Positions 12,158 through 23,006 of a stretch of DNA of 64,000 bases are shown in pieces. Under the pieces are notes generated by a model, which saw only the letters and a program-made list of their open reading frames with translations, made no database searches and was not told the origin of the DNA. Source of the stretch: Lophium mytilinum (taxonomy: Eukaryota); contig MU004198.1 in NCBI GenBank assembly GCA_010093605.1, positions 436,726 to 500,725 of the forward strand, in the 5' to 3' direction. How positions within the stretch are numbered: the stretch's first letter is position 1; every line of letters starts with the position of its first letter. A program made the translations under genes and the position numbers.

Positions 12158-12422
12158 GGGTTGAGATTCGAGCTGTGAGGCTCGCGCGTTCGATATATAC
12201 AATTATTGCGGAAGGACGCTGTACGTTTAATGTGGGTATACATAAAGCATCCTAGCAAGTATATTATTCATACACGAATATGTCGTTGATTCTTCTGAGG
12301 TGAGGGCTACTCTCCAGTTCTCCTTTCGCCCAAAGCACCTGCTAGTCCAGCAGCTGTGCCCACCTGCATCCATCGCAAGCCCAGCATCAAATCCCCTCCC
12401 CTAAAACACACAACTACCCCCC

Positions 12423-13163
12423 TCACTTCTTCCACATCACATCCGCCTCCCCACTAATCTCCGGCACCTCAATCCCCTCCCTAATCTCCCTCTTCCTCCT
12501 CCAATCCTCCCCAAACCGCTCATCCCTCCCACCCACCAACTTCTCAAACCCCCCCTCCTTCACCCCCTCCATCTGCCCCTCAGCCGTGTAGCTCCCCATC
12601 AACTGCGGCGGCCCCAGCGGCACCTTATCCCCGCGATCCGTCTGCCACAGATGATACACCTTGCCATACAAATGCACAACCTAAAACAATCCTCAGCGCC
12701 CCTCCCGCCGTCATCGTAAGAGCCAACTCACCTCCTCCATCTCCGCCGTCTCAGCGGCCTCCCACGCAACTCGCGGTACCAACTGCGGCTTCGGCATAAT
12801 CAACATCCCGCTCTTGACCTCAAAAACATGCGAATGCCACAGCTTCTTCTCCTCCGCTTCTAGCCCCTCAAACAGCCGCGGCGAGATCATATACTCAATC
12901 CCGATCAACCGCGCGTTCTTGTCCGGCGAGTCGTACAATATGCACTGCCGCACGTCTTCGTTGAGGTGGGCGCAGTAGTGGTTCGTTTCGACGCAGCGGG
13001 TGGGATCCTCGACGTAGGCGTGGAAAGCGTTGAGGTGGGCGCAGATAGACGACACAGGCGCGAAGTTCTGCGTTGCGGCGGCGCCGGTTTCGAGGATGTG
13101 GGATTTGGCGGTCAGGGGGGTGCCGGCGGCGGCGTTGGTGGTTGGGAGGGATTCGTTGGACAT
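12423..13163 (-). CDS. DUF1264 / oil-body-associated protein (OBAP) family
   Basis: [68 protein letters not shown]; intron 12681-12731. Confidence 0.9.
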
Positions 13164-13328
13164 TCTGGAGGGGGAATGTTATGGGTGGTGTGGATGGTAT
13201 GTCGGGATGGTGTTGAAAAAAGTAAGTAGTGGTATTAGGAATTAGTCGCACTGGTGCTGTGAGAGGTGATTAGAAGGCTGCATTGACGATGTTGTGGAAG
13301 TATCACGAAGATGTTGCTGGAGCGTCAT

Positions 13329-13336
13329 TGACGTCA
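13329..13336. promoter_or_regulatory. CRE (ATF/CREB bZIP) site upstream of the DUF1264 gene
   Basis: Perfect TGACGTCA palindrome ~165 nt upstream of the ATG; function inferred only. Confidence 0.35.
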
Positions 13337-13950
13337 CCATGATGCGGGATTGGCTGAAGAGAGAAAAGTCGACAGGGTTGTTGAAGTACCTTGTGCGACT
13401 ACTGCAGGAACAGTGTGGATGGGAGGCGTTGAACCGTGGATGGAGAAGATGAGGGTGTGAGCTACTGCTAGGTTGAAGTGTAAGTAGACGTCTGCTTTGA
13501 CTAATTGATGGAAACAATAATGATCCGAAACGTTGAAATATTTAGATGATGTATGGATTCATAAGTATATGCAGCCGTGACCCTGAGGTCAAATCATCAT
13601 ACATTCGTCGCTTCTGGAAAGACCAAAGGAGGCCTGGAATATAATCCGCAGCAGAGAGACATAGACGAAGATGAGACGGAAGAACAGACAGCAGACAATA
13701 CACAATAGAAATTAGGGAGCGACGTAATTTTGGATTATTCAACACGCCCCAGAAAAGAATAAAACGCCCCGCTCAGTCGCTCGCTCCAAAAACAGGGAGC
13801 CGAAATGATATAATAGATGTGAATCCCCAAAAACGCCGTTGCATGAGGATATCCTTATCCAGATCTAAAGCACCCAAAACACCTAAACTGATGAGTAAGG
13901 AATATTCGTGAAGATGGTAAGCACTCCCGCAACAGTATGGCTCGCCGAGT

Positions 13951-15696
13951 TCAGTGGTCCATGACTTTCCAGCCTTCCTTCAGCAAGCTCTTTGCGAAGA
14001 AGGCGGCACCGAGTAGGACTCCGAGACCGCTCAGGCCCATGGCGGTGTAGTATGCGAGTCGGATGCCATGCTCGACGTTCGCCGCGTCTTTGTTGCCGTA
14101 GACCTCCACGGTTCCGGCGATACCGAGAGAGAGGGATATTGAGTAGTTGACGACAGTGTTGACGAGAGACATGGCCAAACCTTGGTGCTCGCGAGGCATG
14201 TGGTTCGAGAGGATGATCGAGGCCGCTGGGAAGGACATGTCCATTCCGAATGGCATGACGATGATGCTGACGAACATCTGCGCCCAATATGTCTGTTGGG
14301 CGGGCTGGGTGCCTGCGATGACGATGCCGACGCAAAAGGCCACCATCGAGGTCATCATCACGAAGCTGACGGGCGTGTGCGTCATGAGGAAACCGGTCAT
14401 TCCGGAGGCGATTAAACCGCTGATCATGCATGGAGCATACATTGCGGATGCGGAAAGGGGCGTGACATGGCGGACGAGGGCGAGAAATCGCCAGCTGTAG
14501 AAGACCCAGACACCAAACGCTCCCCAGCCCACGCCAACGCAAGCGAGGACGAAGCCGACAGTACTATTCAGGGCATGCATAGGGAGGAGGGGGTTGACTG
14601 CTCGCTTCTCGACCCATCCAAAAGCCCCGAGGCACAAAAGGCCAATGATGAGGATGAAGTAGACGTGCGGTTTACCCCAGCCGTAGAGAGGAGCGTTGTT
14701 GAAAGCTATGTTGACGAGGACCAGGCCACAGACACCCACAATTGACCCACTCCAATCAAAGCCGGGGCTCTTGGCTGGTCTATTTTGCAGAGCGTCGGGA
14801 ATGATGAACATGCTGAGAACACCAAGTGCGAAGCAGGTAATTCCAAAGCTCCAAAAAGCCCACGGCCACCACGTAACCTGTCCAAAGAAGCTGCCGGAGG
14901 TAGCGCCAACAACAAAGCCAGCAGGGGCAGCCGCACCAAAGAAGCTGAAGACGATGTTCTTGCGAATTCCCGGGGAGTATGCGCGACCGAAGAGTGCGAG
15001 GGCATTGGGCATGAGTAGCGCGGGACCGATTCCCTGCAAAGCCCGGCAGACATCGAAGAAGATCTGGTGTTTCGGGTAGGCGCTGAAACCAGCGAAACAG
15101 CTCCACACACCGAACCAGGCGTATCCAAAGGCAAAGACACGCTTGTGTCCGAGGATGTCTCCTAGCCGCCCCGAGATCATGATGAAGGTGCCGACGGTCA
15201 AACTGTAACCGGCAATGAACCAAGACGCTTCTCCGGGGTTTTTGGTGCCAAAGTCTTTTGCAATGATGTCGAGAGGGGCCAGTGCTAGACCCAAAGCTGC
15301 CTGGGTCATAAGATGGGACACTGCACAAATGGCGACGAAGAAGATCTCCCTCGTCAGGCTCATATTAATGAGTTTTGCTGGTGGTGGGCCATTAGATTCG
15401 ACTGGCGATTGTGGAATCGCCATTGGTTCTGGGTCGTAGTCATATTGGTCGAAGTTTCCGGTGTATCTTGGGTTGAGGATATAGCTAGTGGATTTGTGTT
15501 GTCTAGAACTGTAGGCGGCCGGGAGGCTTTGTCGTGAATCCCGGAAGTCGTACATGCTCTCTGCGGCGATGGAGTCCACTCTGGACTGTAATGATATGTG
15601 TCGAGACTTGTACATGGAGCTCTTCTTCATGGAGTCGTTGTCCACAGGAGTCCAATCCCCGCTCTCGCGGGGGGTGGGTTGGTAGCCACCGTTCAT
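13951..15696 (-). CDS. MFS drug:H+ antiporter, DHA2 (ATR1-like) family
   Basis: SWFIAGYSLTVGTFIMISGRLGDILGHK (motif A), RALQGIGPALLMPNA, FFGAAAPAGFVVG, many TM segments, GMDMSFPA. Confidence 0.9.
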   Translation of the reverse strand: MNGGYQPTPRESGDWTPVDNDSMKKSSMYKSRHISLQSRVDSIAAESMYDFRDSRQSLPAAYSSRQHKSTSYILNPRYTGNFDQYDYDPEPMAIPQSPVESNGPPPAKLINMSLTREIFFVAICAVSHLMTQAALGLALAPLDIIAKDFGTKNPGEASWFIAGYSLTVGTFIMISGRLGDILGHKRVFAFGYAWFGVWSCFAGFSAYPKHQIFFDVCRALQGIGPALLMPNALALFGRAYSPGIRKNIVFSFFGAAAPAGFVVGATSGSFFGQVTWWPWAFWSFGITCFALGVLSMFIIPDALQNRPAKSPGFDWSGSIVGVCGLVLVNIAFNNAPLYGWGKPHVYFILIIGLLCLGAFGWVEKRAVNPLLPMHALNSTVGFVLACVGVGWGAFGVWVFYSWRFLALVRHVTPLSASAMYAPCMISGLIASGMTGFLMTHTPVSFVMMTSMVAFCVGIVIAGTQPAQQTYWAQMFVSIIVMPFGMDMSFPAASIILSNHMPREHQGLAMSLVNTVVNYSISLSLGIAGTVEVYGNKDAANVEHGIRLAYYTAMGLSGLGVLLGAAFFAKSLLKEGWKVMDH

Positions 15697-18600
15697 GATG
15701 AAGATAGGAAAGACTGATAACTTGAACTGAAAACTGGAACAGCTAGTAGAATTAGACTGGTGGGTAATTGGGAGAGCAAGTCTGGAGATGAAGTACTCAC
15801 GAAGAACTGAAGTGCTGTTAGTATGCAGGAGGACAGGGAATTAAGAGGGTCGTTAGTCAACTGGGCAGTGCGACAGCGATCCTCTTTCTATCTACCATGG
15901 CGGAGGAAACTTGCATGGCCTCCAAGGGTCGCCTGGAAGGTCACAGCTTGTTGGTGCGCTGTGGTCTCGAGTCGGTGGTGCAGGCGTGCAGACACTAAGC
16001 CTTCCGGAGCTCTTTGGGGAGCCGGACCACCATGTCGACAGCCGTATTCGGTGCTGGGATGTGGTATGCGAGCCACCGTTGCAGACGATGATTAGACGGC
16101 CAGCAGAGCTAGGTGCAGATGCGGGAAGAGCTTGTCCAACTGCAGCACCCACGGGCCGTAAACTGGCTCCAAGGCGCCGGCAGCCATGAGGGCGGGATCA
16201 AGAAGATCCGGGGACAAGGAGACAGCAATCATTTCCTGGCAAGGCAAATGGCGTAAGAAAGACGTTGATATCGATACCTTACCGCGGGCCACACGCCATT
16301 CGAATCGCAGAGCGATATGTGGTAGAGAGCAGGGCCAGACGAGAGGAGCGTGGTGTTGAGGCTGGGCGTGAAGCTATGCGAGAGAGAGGCTGACCCGGTG
16401 TCATCAAGCTGGGCACGAACCCGGTTTCGCCTGTCGCCTGTCGGCATCGCAGCCCGTCACCTGTGTCACGAGTATCTTAAAAAAGCACAGGCAATGCGAA
16501 CTAGAGGCCGGACGGTGGCAGTGGGTGCATGCTTCGGCCGTGGTCCGCTGCATCCCAAACCACCGACAGCCACCCGCCGCCCCCTTGACGAAGTTTGTTC
16601 ATCGTCATGGTGCGCCTATAGCCTGCTGCTACTCGCGCCAGCACCAACTCTATCTGATCTACAAAGCTCACCCTCGTACTCCTCCGCCCTCTTCTGTACC
16701 GTCAACGCCATTCCTTTGCCAATGTCTGCCAATTCTTCTTGGCTCCGCCCTCAAACCTCCCCTCCGATCTGAGACAACTGCTCCTCTGCGTGCGAGACAG
16801 CGGCCCAACGATTGGGAGCATCAAGCCCGCTGTCATACGGCCGCCTATTCGCTCAGATTAGACCCGCACAGCCGCAAAGCCAGGGTATCCTACGCCTTCT
16901 CTGGGCCAGATGAGGCCAAGCAACGTACTCCCCCGACTTCTCCGACTTTTGCACCATCTTGAGAACTACGGGATCACGACTATCGTGACTTCTCCCTTAC
17001 GTACTACTGCAGCTCCTGCTCCGATATGCCGATTGCGACCAGCAGCCCTGCAGCACAAACTGATAGCTCATCTACACAGCATGAAACAATCCTCCGCCCA
17101 ACGACACCATTGTAGCACTGTCAAGAGCGGTGTATGCCACCTGCTAGCTGTCTATGATATCAGCATGCCAGTTAATTCGATGTGCATTATTCTCTACGTG
17201 AAGCTCAGGTAGGTACCGTGTAACTTCTTGTCCCTCTCGTCAGCTCATAACTACGCCTCAGGCGTCTTATGGCGTTCGCTCGGATCCCCAAATTCACATC
17301 CACGAGTCCGGCTAGTCGACGTTTCATGTCACAAGGCCCTCCATGGCCGATCAGGCTTGCCGTAAGCCACAGCCAAGACTACTAGTGCGCAGCATCTTAC
17401 TACGAATGGCGCAGCGGCTCGAAGATGCAAAAGTATGGTTGCTGCCCTGTTAAGGCCCTCCATGTTAAGGCCTTCCACTGCGGTTCCAATACCCCGTCCA
17501 TCATATTCGTGGTACCTGCCTTAGTGCACCTTGATCCTATCTTGGAAGGTCTATTTATACCTTTCTATAAAGTAATTACCGAGAACCCTGAAGAGCCTAT
17601 CGACGTTTTACATCGTACCCGAGCATCGGGATCTACTTATGCAGCTTCATGTAGAGGATCACAGACCCTCGAAATCATACAATAAGATCAAGTTGCCACA
17701 GTCCGCAGTCCCTTTTCAGCTTGTAGTCAATCTATTCGACGTCTTGTACGGCTATTTTTCGTCGACATATCTACCCAAAACCATCAACGAGCGCTGTAAT
17801 CAAGACATTTGCAACGTGTTGGCTTTGTCCAGCAGTGGCGATCGACCGTTCACTACTTCGAGGATGATGAGGGAAGGGGAGACAAACCTTTGTCTTAATT
17901 CCACGTCGCTGTCATTTCCACATGCTTCAGTCTGAGCAGCCGAATCGTCTACCGAATGGCATTGTTCGAGCCCATAAACGTTAACGAGCATACCCGTGGG
18001 AACGGCTAGTCTCGAGTTTAGCCTTACAAAAACGATGGGTGAACTCTAGTGATTGACTAAAGTTGGTATGAGCTAGAGCTAGCTAATCGGCCGAAGCCAA
18101 GAAGCAGAGACATACTTTCATGGTCCCAGATGTCTAGAAACCTTATTTTTCCCAAAAGAATTCTCTCTCCATCGTCGCGGATCGAACCTTAGCTTGCCGC
18201 AACGTCCCAAAAAATATTCAAGGAGCAAAAGTTCGCCGGGCAGGGCCCTGCGCTACATCTTTGTCGCGTGAAATGGCGTCCTACGGATCCAGGCTAGATT
18301 CTAACCCAGCCACGGATACGACTTACTTGGTGTCCCTGATTGGTTTGTCTGAGACTTAGACCAACCAACCAAGGCGCAGCAATTGCGTTATGGAGGTGCC
18401 AAGGAATTGTTGTAAATATATACCCAGGTAGGGTAAGATAGGTTACTCTCACCTGCTAAGTCACGCTCACAATTAAATCGCGGTTACTTACTAATCACGT
18501 TTACCTACTGATCAAGTTTACCTACTGAATCGCGACCACCTGTCGGTTCACGTTCGTCTAAGGTGGATCTATGTAGTTTCTGACGATCTAGAAGGGTAAG

Positions 18601-19031
18601 TTTCCTACGCACATAACCTGATGGGCTCACGATTATTTGAAGATGTATGCATGTTTTGGTAGCCTCTGGATGCGTCCGTTGAACTAGCGCGAATATCAAG
18701 CCACCAAAGTCCATTGCAAAAGAGAAAAAATCTCGAAAGTAAGTCCTTGCTGTTCCACGCTTCTCAGCAAATTCAGCTCGCCTCGATAAGACGTGGCCCA
18801 GAAAAAGGCTTCCTCTAGTATACCTGTGGCGTCAAGTCCATACTAGCTCACCGGACGCATCCAGAGGCTGTTAAAGCAGCGATACACGCTTTTGGAAGGC
18901 GCTGACGGCTTATAGCTGGGTGCCTCATTACAGTTTGTAGACACTCATAGGCACTCCTCTCTCTAATTTCATCTTCGCCCATCCATTTCCTTTTCCATAC
19001 TTTGATTTCCCCTCCCGTTTCTCGCACCACA

Positions 19032-20246
19032 ATGGCGACTCCTGAAGACTTCACCCGCATAGGTACGTATGATCAAGTATGCGCACTACAGATCCCTGGT
19101 GTCAGTTCCCCGCAGCGCTGCTTGATTGGGTGCTTAAACACGACGTCAATCGCGTCTCAACACCTCGATCGTGTCCAGACACCCATTGAGCTCGGTCTGA
19201 AACATCTATCAGGCTATGCTCAGCACGAGTCCAATCCAGCGTCTCGAGCACACCCAAAGCAGCTCTGAACAGGAATCTCGACACCAGTCCCCCGTTCTCT
19301 ACACCTACCCCCCCATACCAACAACCCCCTAGGCAACTACGCCCACATGCACTCCCCCAACCCCTCCATCAACCGCTCCCTCGCCACCCGCACCGTCCCC
19401 CTCTCCGTCCTCTGCCTCGGCTACTCCCGCACCGGCACGCTCACCATGCACCACGCCCTCACCACCCTCGGCTACCCCTCCCCCTACCACTTCAGCTCCA
19501 TCCTCGCGAACCCCCTCGACAGCGACCAGTGGATGGCCGCGCTAAACGCCAAATACAACGGCCTCGGCCCCCTACCCACGAAAAAATTCTTCGACGCCCT
19601 CCTCGGCCACGTCGGCGCCGTCACTGACGCCCCCTGCAACCTCTTCGCCGCGGAACTCGTCGCTATGTACCCGGACGCGAAAGTCGTGCTGGTGGAGCGG
19701 GAGATTGAGAGTTGGGAGCGCAGCTGGGCCGCGTTTGCGGAGAGCGCGTATGATCCTGTGTTGCCGCTGCTCGCGCGGCTGGATCCGGAGTGGTTGGGGA
19801 GGATCGTGAGCGTGGGGCGGGCGACGACGCAGGTTTCAGCTGGGTTCGCGGGGACGAAAGCGCAGGCAAAGGTGAGGAGTCGTGGGGCGTATCGGCGGCA
19901 TTATGCGGAGGTGCGGGAGATGGTGCCCGAGGGGAGGTTGTTGGAGTTTCGGTTGGGGGAGGGGTGGGGGCCGCTTTGTGCGTTTTTGGGGAGGGAGGTG
20001 CCGGTGAGTTTCTTCTATTCATTTGAGGGGGTTTACGGTGGGGTTGTTGGAGGAGGGAGGGATGAGGCTGACTTTGAGGGTTTGTAGGATGTGCCGTTTC
20101 CGCATGAGAATGAGAAGGAGAGGAATAAGCAGTTTTTTGTGGAGCTGGGGAGGAAGGGGATGAGGAATATACTGAGGAATGCGATGGTGGTTTTGATGAT
20201 TGTTGGGGTGCCGGTGGGAGCGTGCTATTGGGCTTACCGCGGCTAG
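19032..20246 (+). CDS. P-loop sulfotransferase-like protein (Sulfotransfer_4 type) with C-terminal hydrophobic tail
   Basis: LCLGYSRTGT, TDAP, YPDAKVVLVER..WERS, GWGPLCAFLG..VP|DVPFPHEN; intron 20004-20087; a possible first exon 19032-19062 joins in frame at 19333 (otherwise start 19347). Confidence 0.85.
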
Positions 20247-20735
20247 TGAAGGCTTGGGAATGGTAGACGTGATAAAGAGGTTGGAGGGTAGTTATGGTGT
20301 TTTCATAGCAGCGGTCTTATGCCACGCTTGCAGATACGTCTTGTCTGACATGTCCCCGTATCGTTAGGAATATGGTATGTGAGCCATTCATAGATACGGG
20401 ACCCATGAGAGCTGTGCTGCTGGAGTACCAACATACGATTTCGACTCCAGACTAAGTCCATATACAATCACGAACAATCAGGAGTATGTCGTAGAGGTAC
20501 CTACAAGCTGTCTGTGTAGGAGTACCTGGAAAATACATTACAGACTGACACGAGATCAGACTAATGAGATCAGTGAAGCCACAATTTGGCGATCTAAAAG
20601 ACGGTAGCCCGGCAAAGTATATAGCTATAGTTGAAATTAGTGAAAAATAAGACGTTGAATTGATACACGGAATCGCGCTCTGCTCCCATGATTGAGTCAT
20701 CTGCCCGTTCCTGTCTGTTCCCGCTTCTTCACACC

Positions 20736-22031
20736 TCAAGCGGCTACTTCAGCCGTGGCAGCCAGGGCTTCCGCTTTGGACTTGCTGTTCGGGTCGAGAT
20801 AAGGCTTTTCACCGATCCCCACTACACGGTTGCCAGCGCGTTCGCCCAGTCCCTCGTAGTCGAATGTAGCCGAGTGAAATGCGCTGCGATTGTCCCAGAT
20901 AGCTAGGATTCAATTGTCAGCAGCTGATATCAACTTTTCTTTCCCACTTGGGCAATGCCAACTTACCGATGTCATTAGGATTCTTCCACTTGAAGCGGAC
21001 TTGCAGATCGTGGTTATCCAGGATTACATGGTAAAACTTCTTAAGCAGCTCCGCGCTTTCCTCGGGATCCAGTTCGTTGATAGCCTTTGGGAAATTGCCG
21101 AGTCCGTAGAGGCTCTTCCACCCTGTCACGGGATTGGTGCGTACGAGCGGATGGGTGGCAGACAAATGTTTGCCTACGTTCTCCGGCGAGCCACGAGGTT
21201 GGTCGTACAGTACGGCTCTTCCAGCATCAGCCGCATCGATGAAGCTCTGCCCGACAAACGTAGCCGTTAGGCTATCGAAGAGCTTTTGGTAGGGCTTGCT
21301 GAAGCGGTCATAGATGTCGTATCCTAAAGATTGATGTCAGGGCTGTTGGAGGAAGTTGGGGAGAGCAAGACAAACCTGACGCCCAAAGCGTGTCTCCGCC
21401 GTTCTTCGGGAGCTGAACCAACCGCAGACTCGTGTAATCGGCGGGCACCTCCTCGAATTGAATATCACTGTGCCACGACGCTTCTGTACCTCTGGTGTTT
21501 CGGCGTAGTGACGGCTGGCCGAGATCATATCGGGCTTTCCGGTACTGCGAGGAGATTCTGCTGATCTCGCTGTCTTTGGCGCCGAATTCATTTGTGTTGT
21601 TCAGAATTGGGTGGATATGTAAGGTCGAGCTTTTCGGTCGCCCCGTCAGCTCTCCCAGACGTGTGATGAATTGTTTTTGCAGTTCGTCGGTGAGGCTGTC
21701 TTGCTTTCGGAAGAATACGACACCCCGCTCGCTGACTTCATTTGGGCACACTACTTAGCATCCGGATAATATCAAGTTAGTCAAAAGAATCACACTTACT
21801 TGTGATTGCCACATCCCGGAGCAAGTCGTCCGCATTGGGGGCATTCAGGATATCCTCGACGATTTGAGCAGTGAGATATTCCCTTCCAATAGCCGGAGTA
21901 ATGTCTTCAAATGCAAAAGCGGCATCCAAAGTCCCGCTTTTCTTCAATGGTGCAGTGTTCCTGCTACTCGTTGAGTTCCCGCCTTTGGGAGGATGATGCG
22001 ATTCGACTGGTAATGTTGCGCTGGGAGACAT
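20736..22031 (-). CDS. TauD/TfdA alpha-ketoglutarate-dependent (sulfonate) dioxygenase
   Basis: ERGVVFFR, WHSD, GGDTLWASGY, HPLVRTNPVTGWKSL, AIWDNRSAFH; introns 21736-21799, 21324-21375, 20903-20966. Confidence 0.92.
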
Positions 22032-23006
22032 TATGGCGGCTATCTGTCTCTGAATCTGAATATGAATCTGAAGTAAGACTGCGTACTAGAGATGCGTATT
22101 GTCGATTTACGATTTAGGAATTGCGCAGATCATCTTGCTTTTATGTTTTCAAGATTCGGATTCGCGTCTTCATACTCTTGCTCATCGCTCCAGATTAGCA
22201 CGCAATCGTTCATCACATGATCGTGATAGCCAATAGACTGCGGCTACTGGTAATCGTAAACTGATGTTCGCTTCAAGTGTATGTTTTTCTTTTGCTATGC
22301 AGGTATCGGGAAGAACGGCCCAGGTTGCGGAGTTGGCCTGTCAGTAGATCGCGGTTGGTGGGGTTTGCAGCTTGGTGATGTCAAGCGAGGCTGTGATACC
22401 TTTGTAGACTAGTACGCCAGTTCCCATCAATCCCTCCCCTTCGTGAGTCTGGAGAGCATTTTGGCAGTGGCTTCCAGTTACCACCTTACATGGAAGGCTG
22501 TTTGACTGACTACAGTGAGAAAATGCTGGTGCTTTATAGAATTGCATCGTGAAATGGGTTGGTAGATTTTCTGTTGCACTCCAGGACTCGCAGTCATAAC
22601 CACAAATGGAAAGAGCGCTATTCTAGAACTGGCTGAGGACCCCTGACGCTACCTTGCTGGATCGATTTTTTTGCGAGCATCGATAAGAAAGAATAGGCGA
22701 ACCAACGGCCAGAATGTGGGCCATTGTGTCACTGTGAAGACTAGCTTGTGAGTAGGGTAGTGACCGGAACTTGGGGAGAGTCTTGTTAGAGCTGGCACGA
22801 TAGTAAGCGCTTCAAGGCGACATAGGGGTTTGAAGAGAGAAGCAGTAGAGGATAGGATGTAAAGGTGATGCACCGGTCGCCGCGGATAATGGTTAATCCA
22901 CTAGCGCGAAGGGCTGAGCGTGGCACAGCATGAGAGTGATGGGATGTTCGCAACCCCGCACCTGAGAAGCATTAGGCTTCAACCTCTATTTTCTATCATC
23001 AGCAAG

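Noticed and set aside
22120..22227. Possible bZIP sulfur-regulator sites upstream of TauD (ATTGCGCAG, TCACATGA)
   Set aside because: Only partial matches to short consensus sequences; expected by chance.
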